Of a stretch of 64,000 bases of DNA, positions 49,234 through 61,413 are shown piece by piece. Source of the stretch: Phoronis australis. Lineage: Eukaryota > Animalia > Phoronida. Below the pieces are notes generated by a model. It saw only the letters and a program-made list of their open reading frames with translations, was not told where the DNA came from and did not search any database. Position numbers and translations under genes: made by a program. The DNA lies in contig NMRA01000284.1 of the NCBI GenBank assembly GCA_002633005.1, positions 11,266 to 75,265 on the forward strand. The letters are read 5' to 3'. The stretch's first letter is position 1; each line of letters opens with the position of its first letter.

Positions 49234-52200
49234 AAAATGAAGATGTCANAGGAAATTCCAGACCCACTATTCTAGCTACTGAAGATTGAAAAAACAAGAT
49301 TGCCAATTTTTAGTTTGAAATTTCTGGTTCCGCGGTAGTTCGAACAATATTCTTGGAAAATGTCTGCTTTTTTGAAACAGTATATAACTTCGTAAGTAGA
49401 AAATAGCATTTAACAGGTATTTGAAGAAACGTCATTCTTGGTAACGTTAGGTAATCACCTAACGACAAGTCTAAAAATTTAGCCAATTATCTACAAAACT
49501 ATAGATTTAAGCTCAGTAAATATATATATTTTCTTAAACTAGAAAGTATATCATTATCCATCCAGGAAAGTTCATACTTGAAAAATTAAACCCGTTCAGC
49601 TGGACTATGGTTTTTGAAATCCTTAAATTCTCGGGAGCCTCCTACTCCCTTCTTGAGGAATGGTTGGAATGGCGGGTCAGGTGGAACTTCCCTCGGTGCT
49701 TTTGCGGCTTGGAACTATACTATCGATCGTATCTTGCGAGAGCACAGCGGGAAGCTCCACCTAGTGTCCGCCATTTCAACCATTCAGCCATTCCTAAATA
49801 AGGGACGGAACGCTCCCCAGAGCTTAAGGATTTCAGTAAGTAAGCGACTCTTAATCTTTTAATGAAAATCAGAAGTCCTATTTTCGTAGCCAGTCATGCA
49901 AAAGTGGAATACTTTAAATACAATTGCTAATAGATTTTTGGAGGACAGCGCAAAAAGCGTAGTATCTGAACGTTTCACGTGAATCTGATGAGCCATTTCT
50001 GAGACATAATGTTCCGAAGTTAAGTAAATTTGGACAGTTCTTAAGTGTCCTTAACATACCTGAATGGTAAATGTCAGTGCAACAGTACCTGTATTATGAA
50101 ACGTCAACATGTATAGCATTTCACTGAGCACTTAGTTCGAACAAGAATAAAAAACGTGTTTTTGTAAAGAAAGAGTCAGAGAATAGTTTGTATTGTTACA
50201 TGTGTAATAACATAACAACAATTTCGGATAAAATAATTGCCAAAGTTGATCTTTTTCATTTTCAAAGACATCTAACGTTGTTGAGAATGCCTACAACTTT
50301 TCAAAATATCGACTGATGGTGGTAGCTGATGGTACGAATTTAAAACACTACAAAACATCCATTTGGTGCTACTGCTATGAGAAAATAAATATCCACCTGT
50401 CCGCCATATTGTATTCTACATGAGTGATTTCAACATATGAGAAATAAAGTTTGCACACTGTTGAGGTGTAACGACAGAGCACATGAATTTTCAGTTTTAT
50501 CGTCATCATAGGCACGCACAGCGTAACATTACGTTCGCCAAGTCAGTTGAAGCCTACAGCAGCCTTGCGGAAGAGTGACAGGCTGAGACGGAAAAGATTA
50601 GAAAGAAATGAATAAAAGTCAAACCTGGAATCCGCATTAAGAACGGATATGTGACAAATAGTCAGGCAAATGGGAAATTAAAATCTCATAAAATGTAATT
50701 AATATTTTTCCGGTTTACTGATCAAGTCCAATTCAATAATTCTCACGTTTTCCAGATTTGATTTGCATTATTAAACAGGTAAAAATCCATTATAGATGAA
50801 TCACGCAAATATCAAGCGATATTAATTTGCGTAGTACCAGCACAATCCTCACAAAAGCGAGCGAGAATCTTGACTCGAGCTAGTACGGTTTACCAGGCTT
50901 TGCCGTGCATATATCACTTAGGAGAAACGATTTAGCTCGAAGAAGAACAATATCCATGTTCGTGGAGTGCGCATCGGATCATATGTAACAAAGAAAAGGT
51001 ATGACTGAAATGGAAACTACAATCGCCCAATTGGGACATGATGGCTAGTTTTTTTCTGACGTCTTGATCGATTAACTTGATCTGTTTCTGCTTTTATCGT
51101 CTTACTTTCTTTTAAAAACCATAACACAAAAATAGAGCCCATTAATTCAAAAGCAATTGCGAATGTATTCGTTAACATAATTATGATTGTCCATTCTTAA
51201 ATTATAGATTGAACTTTCACTAAGCCAGCTTTATGCCGTCGGTGTGTCGCTCCTGTTGTTTGGTCGCTAGCTCAGCCGTATCATCCTTGCTGTGAATGTA
51301 ATAATAACAATCCGCTGTTGTCAGGGTATGAAAAACTATATTATTTTCTTTCTAGATAATTAAACGTTGACAGCATTAAACAAGATCTAATCACTCGTTC
51401 TGGGAAGAGAGAAAAGCAAGCCGTCGCAACCTTTTGTCGCATTTACAGCAAGGTAAAATATGATGATAGAAGTGAAGTCATGTCATATTTTTGACTGTTT
51501 TTTTTGTTCTGTTGATCGATACCGCTGGTATTTCTAAAACTAAACTGGGTCAGTCATTTTAGCGTATCACGAAGAATTTTAGTACCACAACCTAAAAAAG
51601 TACCTGATATTAGATAATGTCAAATTAATCAACTTGGGTCATTAAAATCAATCCGATATACACTGTATGTAATTCGTTGGCCTGAACACTTGGTGGCGAG
51701 CGTTGAGCTACATGTGTTGAAATCTCGTTTAAATACGTTTTTGCGGGAACTTGCTTCGAGAATTCTGCTCATAACGACATTTTAATTTGAAAATGGAAGT
51801 ATCATAACAAAATTTGCCCTGGGGATACAGTCTGATCGATTCCTTTATTGATATGCATGGCGACAGATAAGTACTCAAATGTTGTGATAGTTTATTAAGC
51901 TGTCCCATCAGTGACATTGAGGATTACCTATTCTCCTTATTATTTTTTTCTAGTCGCCCGTGCTTATGGTGGCACCATCAACATGTCTCGACATTGTCTG
52001 AGCCTTAAACTCTGAAACGTGGCAATCTAAATTGATATCTAATTTTAATAAACACGATGAGTTTAATCGCGTGTTTAGCACTGTCATTCTCCCCTGTGTC
52101 TTAGAAGCACTTGCATGAAGAAACGATGGACTAAGCCAGTATTGGTTGTGCAGCGTAACAAGGAGCTTCTTTTGGCAGCTTTCTACCAGTTTGCCTTTTC

Positions 52201-55200
52201 CTATTTAGAGTAGGTGTGCTTATGAATCAACACCTTGTAATTTGTTGCTGCAAACCAAATTTACTAGATATGTGGAAATATGTTTGTCAACAGTTGGATT
52301 TTGCGTCATAATGCACGACATTTCGGTGGGCTATTTCTCCGACCATCATCAGAATGGTGTCTTCCCTTCCTGAAATCACTTTCATATTGGGAACTTGTAG
52401 AGTTATACAATTCACTGTTCTGTCTACGTGTACCAACCTCTATCCACGACGTTTTGGTCGACATATTATCGACAATCATCAGATGAGCCATGAGCGATTT
52501 TGAGTGATACAAGTGCGTAACTCCACTAGCAACAGTATACCCACGATTGACAGAGTACCCAAAATCGTCACCTTACGATTTTCGGACGTCAACAGCGTCC
52601 ACTGGGCGAGTGCCACTGAACCGCACTTGCGCAAAATCGTGCTTTTTGAACGCAGGTAGACAACTTGGATGTTTCAATTTTTGAAACTTCGCTGATTTGA
52701 AGAAGAAATAAACATTAAATAGTATCGGAAATTCTTAAATGTAATTCAAACAAATTACTACTTTTCAGGAAATCACGTCGACTTCTGGAGACGAGCTTTC
52801 GGAAAGGCTGAATTGAGGGGTGTTCATTGCAGGTACACACTTTCGTGAGTCCGGTGAGTAAGTCGCCTTCTCTCGCTTGTAAAATTTTAGGTTCTTGGTC
52901 GATTTCTCTTTGGTGACATCATTCAAAAGCCCAGGAAAATATGTTTTTTACAATGAGTAAACATTTCCAGAAATGGCAGATAATGTACATGAAAGTACAA
53001 AATAATGTAAAAAGGTTAGAAAATGGCACACTTTTAAGCTACTTACCGTCGAAACCGTCCGTGTCGCGATAAGCACGTTATCAAATGTGTACCTTTCCAA
53101 AATACCCTCTTGAGAATATACCATGTATATTTCACGAAGAGGTAGCATTTTTTTATTCCATCAATCTTAAAATAGTGTTTCACACTGAATAATGTCCTTA
53201 TCATATCCTTGAAATACTCTTTACATGTTTTACGTCTCAACTGCGCGAGTTATACACGCTTCGACTACTTCGTCCACCGTCAGTCTTGAATATTCAAAAC
53301 TAGCTCACGCGGGTTTCCAGTGCAAGTGGACGAGAGAGTAAGCGACGGTTAAACCTGTATCTTTTAAAGGATATCGACCAGATTGTCAAAGAGTTGTAAT
53401 TATACCATATCCAAGATATTCAGCATTATTACAAACTCATTTTTCTTTTTAAAGCGCATTCAAAAATGCTGGTGGTTTTAGCGTTGCGTGGCCAGTCACG
53501 TGTTCGCAAATACCACCACCAGGGTCAGTAAGCATACTGGTAGTTAACACTCGTAATGAAAACAAGTTTTTAAATTACTGCAATCGGAACCTATAAAAAT
53601 ACCATTAAAATCGCCTGTTAATTTTGTTCTCGGTTACTCGGCCATCATCGGCTGACCAGCGAAGCTGAGGTATGCGCGATAAAAACTAACCTGAAGAATC
53701 GACTGTAAGTTTCGGAATCCAAACAACCCCGTGATATTCTCGTGCTGGTAAAATCGTATTATGATGAAGCTCTGTTCGCCATTTGCTTGTTATACTTGAA
53801 CACGCTTGGCAACCCGAAACCGTGAACTCGTGTATTTTTGCAGATGCATCGTAATTTCCAGGCCTTGCGATTTCAGTTGCATTTACTCAGTTCTACATTA
53901 CGAAGGATACATTAACACCAGGAGATTTAAAGTTAAACCCAACTATGGGAGCTACTCTATGCAGGATTAACTTATCTGCCATGTAGTCCAACCCGGCTTA
54001 CTGTTGCCATGTCTGGCAAAACAATAGACTCCGATTCATTGCTCTCCTTATCATTTCTGTTTATTTTTATGCAATGATCCATCTCCCTTGTTTTCCATGG
54101 CGAATGGCCCTCCGTAGAAAGTATATCTCAACTTGGTGATGACAGAGCTCAGCTACTGGACTTAAACCAAGGTGTACGCAGCAACCTCAGTGTTTCACTG
54201 AACTGTTGACAATAATATGCAAAAGGTCTGAGTGGAATAAACAGAAAGATTATTGCTTTGTGATCTGCTTATAGACCCAAAAATTAAAAATGGAATTCTA
54301 CTTACCTTTTAGGTGTCTCACAAATTCAAAAACACAACGACCGTTTCCTAATACATGTCGGTCACGCACGAACAACTAATACTCCAACACACAAATCTAG
54401 ATTGATAGGGGATTCAGGAAATATACGAGTCGGAATACGATTGTTATTCAGCGTAACATACTACCGGCCGTAGACAACTACATTTTTAAGCTTCTTGTGA
54501 AAAGTGAATGTTATATTTCATTCTGTTTCACAACCTTGTAAGCTATTATCTGCTTTTTAATCTAAGCAACAGATTGAAAATTGCAACTTACATTTATTTT
54601 TACTGTGACGGAGTTGTTAGCGTAATGTCAGGCTAGACTCAAGGATTTTTTTTATAAAATACGCTGTTTTGTTCATTGGTGAGGACCACGGTCTTATCAA
54701 CATTTTAAATAATGTTTCACGCGTTGGAACTAACGCTAAAGGCAATTTTATACCGAATAAGTCTGAACAGAAATAGCACTCGCTTAATTTGCCTCGCTAT
54801 AGTTAAGCTGTTGTATTATATTCAATGCAATAGGATTATCTTATAGGTTACAAATGTCAGTCGGGGTTTTAATGGAAATTCCTGCAAAAAGGTAGCGCAG
54901 CTTTATGTACCATTAGAGACGCCTGCTGTCGGCGCTCGCCAAGACCACTTACTGTAAGAAACTCGAGTCATATTATAATGTACTTTGACATCCAAGAACG
55001 TTTCCCGTACATGATTAGTGTCTGGGACTGATACGTGGGACTCAACTGTCAACAGTTTTTGCTGATTTTGGGAATGAAAGACCAGGCGCAAGCAGTTCCA
55101 CCTCTCTGTTGCACAGGGTGTACAAAACCTCAATGAAAATATGAGAAACTTACAGGGTCAAATATTCCAAAAGTCTTGCACAAAGTTCAATAAACTGATT

Positions 55201-55954
55201 TTAAAAAGAATATTCTATTTTTACGACTACTGCAATTACGGCCGGCAAAAATATACCGAGTCGTTAGTTTTCAACAGGAAGTCACCGTTCACATGCAATT
55301 ACTAAAAAGTGAGAGGCAGTGCATTCCGGGTCTCACGACCCTCGAAATTACAGAAATTAGGTGAAAGGTGAATGTCGACTAGACAATTTTTCAAAAATAC
55401 GAATTGGCTGAAAGGTGCCTGAATTTCCTGCTTGCGTGTAGTAGAGGTTTAAGAAAAGCCACGAGAGAGAAACAAATGGATCAATGGGTCAACAACTAGT
55501 ATTCTTTTAACCAGAACCGACTCAAAAATTCCATTCGTACCTTCACACGCAGCTCAAAAGCCAACAAGCCCAGCCAACCCAACAATTTTCTATATCAAAA
55601 TGGCGGAAGTAAATTCAACCGTGGCTCAAACAAACTATTGCATGGCACCAGTATTCCATGGCTTGTAGTGGGCATGAGCCAAGTATGAAGAACATAGTCT
55701 CGACTTAAAAAAACACTAATAACTGTGATAATTGCGATGCATTGATTGCTTCTAACATGAATTTGCCCGCAAACTTTAATTCTATTGAGAAAAAGAAGTT
55801 TGTGACAACTCTGAATATGTTGGGAATGGCACAATCGCCTACCTTTTGACAATCGAACAATATCTGTCGAAAAACGTTGATTTGAACAGGCCTTACTCTC
55901 CCATCCACTTAAAGGTATCGCCCGTGCTTTGGTTTGTTTAGTCTACTAAATTAA

Positions 55955-56005
55955 CAGTGGCGGATTTAGAGGGGGGGCCAAGGGGGCCATGACCCCCTAA
56001 AATTC
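55955..56005 (+). mobile_element. MITE family A left-end fragment
   Basis: cagtggcggatttagagggggggccaagggggccatgaccccctaaaattc; no matching right end seen. Confidence 0.6.
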
Positions 56006-58029
56006 TACCACTTGAACTCACCATAATTGAAAGCATTTATCCACTACAACATGCTTTTTCGTGCGAGTATGACCAAATAACAATCATACCCAAAGGAAAA
56101 AATGAAATAACCTACAAATGCACCGAATGAATACATAGACTTTAAGTAAATCTTCAATCACCAGGTGGCCAGACCGTCTTGTTCACGAGACGAGTCACGA
56201 AGAACTGCCAAACATGTCATGGAAATCGAGCACATAACGTGAGTCCGCTCAAAATTAGTTCGACAAAGAGATAATTTATTAGAAAGGGAAGCAGGGAAGT
56301 TATCAAAAGCAATGGTATTACAAGTTGATGTCGTGCTTTTTTCGTTTGAAAATGCCCCCATGTTGTTACATGTGGAGATCACGCTAGTGTTGGCTTACGA
56401 AGTAAATGGCAATTGTTTTATGCAAAGGCTCTCTGATCTCGAGACGCGCCATCGAATCACGCTGAATGTAAATCTCACCAGCTAAAACACCAGGCCTGCC
56501 TTCCATTGACCCAGAAAAACTCACGAGAACGCAAGATTTCGCATTGACTTCGCGAGATATGGCTATGCCTTTCAAGCAAGCATTTGACTCACACTAGCTT
56601 CACTCGCTAGTTACGTCTACAGAACGCAGCGGATGTTGATGAACCGACACCCGTTCCAAAATGCATTTGAAAAACGACCATCAACCCCGCGAGTACGTTT
56701 GGCGGTCTCCCAAATTGTGAGCATTTCGCATGCCTATATCAATCCAATAGCCCCTTGGCTTAAAGAGCCAGCGAAGCGGTTCGCTCCGCGGTTTTATCCA
56801 TGATATTGTCTAGCAAGAGCGGTTCAGCTTTGAGGAGAAAATTTTGACCTGATCTAGAAGAGCAGTAATTCATCTCGGTAGAATAAAGTAATTAAATCTG
56901 TCTTACAACCGAGCCTGGTTCATTTGCTCCTTGCTTTTCCATCGACATCTGGACAATTAATTTAATCCCTTTGAAGTGTTTTTCAAGTTTGTTTGACGTA
57001 GAAAAAATGACAGAATGAAGAAAACGGAAATGACAAAAAAAATTTCACAAGGAAGTTGAAAAATGATTCATCTTGAATCTTTTATCAAGTCCCTTAAGGT
57101 GTCCTGGATCTATAGACTTTATTCAACCAACTTTGGAAAGATATGCTGTTGCAACATCACTCAGTAAATCATCGTAACTTTTTAGCTTTTGGCGATGCAT
57201 TTTACGATACATGTATGTATTCACAGCATATTACAAGTTTGCACAAATTTAGGGCAGTGAGAACAATGAAGATTTTCAAATATCACCCAATGTGGCACTT
57301 ATAACTGTAGATATAAAAAGGTATTGCGTATAGGCCTTTACTCTTGTAAAATGGGTCTCAAAATGTTCCGAATCTTTTTGTTGGCTAAATCTGCTATAAA
57401 TTCTAAAGGACAATTTTATCGCCCTTTAGTACGCGCTCATTCGATATTAATTTCAGTTCCGTACAACGTTATCATGTACATATCGAAGTTAAGCTTGCGC
57501 AAACCAAAATTTGGAACAAATTTATCTAGGCTATGCTGTCAAACTTTGATGATCTGTGGATACTCACTGACGTCTCCTACGCATCTCCCGGTCATTTCAT
57601 TCAAAACACGTGTTCATGTAAATCATTGAGTTCGTGCACTTCAAACTTCTCCTAATACCCTAGCCCAGTCACTGATTGTCCTCTCCTCAGTTGTGCTGTA
57701 ACTGAAATCATACATCAAGATAAGATGAGTGTCAACGTAGAAACCTAAAGTCACTCAACCAACCTTGACCTTTAAAAGCCTCAGAAGTGAACAAGGCCCT
57801 ACGGATATTGTAGTTTTTCGGAATGATGATGATGCAATGTCGGGTTTTACTACAAACTGTGTAGGTTGATGAGCCTCAAAACTTGAGGACTGTGACCGCG
57901 CTTCCGTCAAGCGTACCTTTTTCTGGGAGTTAGTAGTTGAAATTTGAAATAGTGTCGTCCATGGTAGAATAATCATGAAATACTGTGGAATTTGTTTAGT
58001 ATGAAATACAAGTGTAATGGTACAACTAC

Positions 58030-58343
58030 CAGTGGCGGATTTAGGGGGGGGGGAGCAAGGGGGACATGGCCCTCCCTAAAATTCTCCCAGATACCATTTG
58101 GCAGTTTGGGGTGCGAATTGCTGACTACCGTATGCGCGCTCCCAGGGGGGCTCGGGGGACAATGCACAATGCATAGGCCTTGAACAAACCCGTTTACCGT
58201 TTTTTTTTAGTAATAAGGTTCACAAACCGAAAAATTCGAGACCCCTGCATCTCTACATTTTAGGCTGGGCACGCGCATGTGGCGAAATTCTGGTTATTCC
58301 TGTGCCCTGGCCCCCCTAACTCAAAACAATGGATCCGCCCCTG
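58030..58343 (+). mobile_element. MITE family A copy (longest), with 5-bp direct flank ACTAC
   Basis: actac|cagtggcggattt...ggatccgcccctg|actac. Confidence 0.85.
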
Positions 58344-61300
58344 ACTACCTTACCACTCCACGGTCTTTTTAATCTACATGTACGATTCATAAAATGGTCA
58401 TATTCACTCGATGAAATATGCGGCTGCGGGTTGCCCGTGTGATTGATTGCGAAAGTGCATTACTGGTACCAGCAATGTCAAACCATACGAATGCATTCAA
58501 AGCGTGACTGCGAGTGCATTGGAAGGTTCCGAAATTGACAATGTCAAAGACAAGCTTAAAGCGAATTCTGAATAATTTGTACGTGTTGCCATAGAATGGT
58601 ATTACCTCGCCTTGTTTAAGAACCTGATTTTAACGCATAATCAAAATAAGTCTCGTCATCTAAATACGCGCAATATGTGTCCTAACAAAGAAGTTGCCCA
58701 TACAGAGCCGTCAAAATTTTTGTTTACGGTTGTTAATACTTTGAGCACGTTGAAGTCGATAAAACGTTTAGATTGTCCGACATGTACACGACCATCAAAA
58801 ACCTTTCCACACGACAGTCTGATCTACACAATGAGAGAAGCCCGAGCCCCTTTATAATAATGCTTCCCTAAGAATGAACAGTCTGTTCCAAGTTTAGCAA
58901 AACTTCCACTCCAGTCAAATCTATCTTTGTTTTTTCAACACATTTTTGGTTGTTAGGGTCTCATGCCTTGGTGATGCGCTGTTTTGCATGAAAATGTTTG
59001 CGGTTTTCTTCACCAACTTCGAATTGAATCTATTTCTTTGCATTCTTCCTCCTATTTCACAGAAAATGCGATAGGCATGAAAATAAACAATTGATAAGAA
59101 TATTCAATGGTACATATTTCTGTGTGGAAGCCAAAACGCTAAAATTTGATGTACTAAAAATAATAAAAATCGTAAAGCAGGAAATATAATTTAACTTGTC
59201 AAAACACAAAACTGACATTGTACAACGAAATTAATCCATTTTAAAAGATTGGTGCTCACTTTTCAGTAACCCGTATGCAAATGTCAAATTTTTGCTGGAG
59301 GTGCATTTGTTTGGCTAATGTAACGGAAAAACTAATTTAGTGACCCCCACAATTTTTACAAATTGTACTTGGCAAAGACTACAATACAAATATGAAAATT
59401 TCCAAATATCAAGGATTAATAAAAATTTATGTCGAAGTCCCTTGATAATATGATTTTTAGTATAGAAATCAAGCGCTTATACAAACAATGGTGTGTCTCG
59501 AATGCGAAAAAGACTCCCCACGTCATATTCATAAGAGTACATGCGAAGTATTCGTTTTTGAACTTGAAGTGTGGTACGAGTTTTGTTCCGTAATAATGTT
59601 TTGCGGCCCGTGGTAAGGGTTCGTTCATTACTTGTGAATGAGTGAATACTGAATCGACTCCTAAAAAGCACAAGTCCACAATCGGTCGTTTGCAATCACC
59701 TGGGCTATTTCTTATGAGGGTCTGTTTGACAGCGTATAAAATTTCTGATTAATGAGGGATCAAATTCTTGTGTGGAACTACCCACGAAATGAAAAAGTAA
59801 ATGTTAAAAACTGTCCATAATATGTGTCGAATATCAAAAGGCGAGACAATGAACAATAAACTTTTGCCACGCAGTTGATGTTGTCTCAAATAATCTTGAT
59901 AGTATAAAAGCGTTTTGAGATTTCTCAAGGGCTGAAATGAAAATAGTCGTAATTCTATAACACTGAATTGAAAAATTCACAAAAGTTCATGGTTTACAAT
60001 TGATACGGACGGCTAGATGACGGCCAAAGTGGTGGAATAATTGAACCGATGACGGTGTGCAGGGGGTCGAAAATACGTGACGATCGGGTTAGCACGCATC
60101 GACGCTTATTCAATCCAAATATCCCAAATATGATCTTCAACTTTGACAAATCAAGCTTATCAATTCTGTTCTGAACCTGCCCCATGAACCCACATTGCTG
60201 TAAATCATTACATCGTCTCTTGGTTGACTGCTTGAGTTAATTAGATTAAATTAAATCACGTCCATCGAGCACTGCACAATGCAATCCACATTTGTCTACC
60301 ACATAATTTCTTGTCTGTAAACTTTCATCGCCATCTTTTGCGTCCCCATTCTTTTTTTCGCTTCACATCATGTCTGTCAAAAAATACCTTCAACTGCAGT
60401 TAACAGATTGGAACAGCATACCATTAAACCTTATTCAATCCATTTTCAATACTTAAATCGAGAAATGTCACTAAATTTTCAACATGCTACCTTATTACTT
60501 TTTATTTGTTCGTTTGAAAATCTATTTTTTGTTGTTGTTTATATTGTATAAGCTATTTATTTTTATTTTTGTGTATCACGTGACTGCAACGTTGAAAAAT
60601 ACGTCTCTAGACTGTCCTATTGTTGTCCTCAGTGTATTTAATGAGCTAATTCTTATTTACTTGTGTGTGTTTTACTCTACGTTTGATGATTTAACAAACA
60701 AAATCTACATGCCATTTTTGAAAGTCCTACCTCTCTGTTTCTTAAGATCAGGTATATGGCATCCATTTATATTTGTTTTATTACACCAGCGCCAATGCTT
60801 CTTTCATTTTATCTTTTCGTCCCTCATGAAATTGGTATGTTCTTACCCGCTTTGATGTACTTTCATCGTCTGCTTGTTTCGGTCCGTTCATGAACAGCGA
60901 CATCTGTCTTCTGGGCGGCTTGAATAAAACGTGATATTCTGAGGATGAAAAGGTGTGTTCCGTGGACCCAAGAACTAAGCGAAAATTAAAACCATGCAAA
61001 ATCACGCGAGAGAAATGTGAATATTTCGCAAATTTGTTCGGGAGCTTAATATCAGCTATAAAATGATTGGTGGTGGGGTTGGGAGGTTGAATCACGTGAT
61101 AAAACTTACTGCTTTTGCTCCGTAAGCTAGTATTTCTTACTGCAAGTGCAACGCTAGTGTTCTGGGTCTACGGAGCGCAGCTCTGGCCAACATCACATCA
61201 TTTCAGTAGTTATCGTACGGTGTTTTAGTCATGCAGAGGACAGAAGTATAAGCGGTCGTGTAATAATACACATGTACGTTGTTTAACTAAGATGCCACTG

Positions 61301-61413
61301 TCCAGGTTGGCTACTTGAGCCACGAAAGTGAATTTGTTACGGTTTTTGATGGTGCCATTTTGTTTATTTTCAGCAGAAGAAACCGGATAAAGAGTACTGT
61401 AGCGGGCGGCAAA

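Noticed and set aside
49030-49275. His/Thr-rich repetitive ORF; CRISPR-like spacing
   Set aside because: Translation of a ~20-bp minisatellite with no unique spacers and no cas genes; eukaryotic context.
60484-60855. 123-aa very hydrophobic ORF
   Set aside because: Product of T-rich low-complexity intron-like sequence upstream of the GPCR acceptor.
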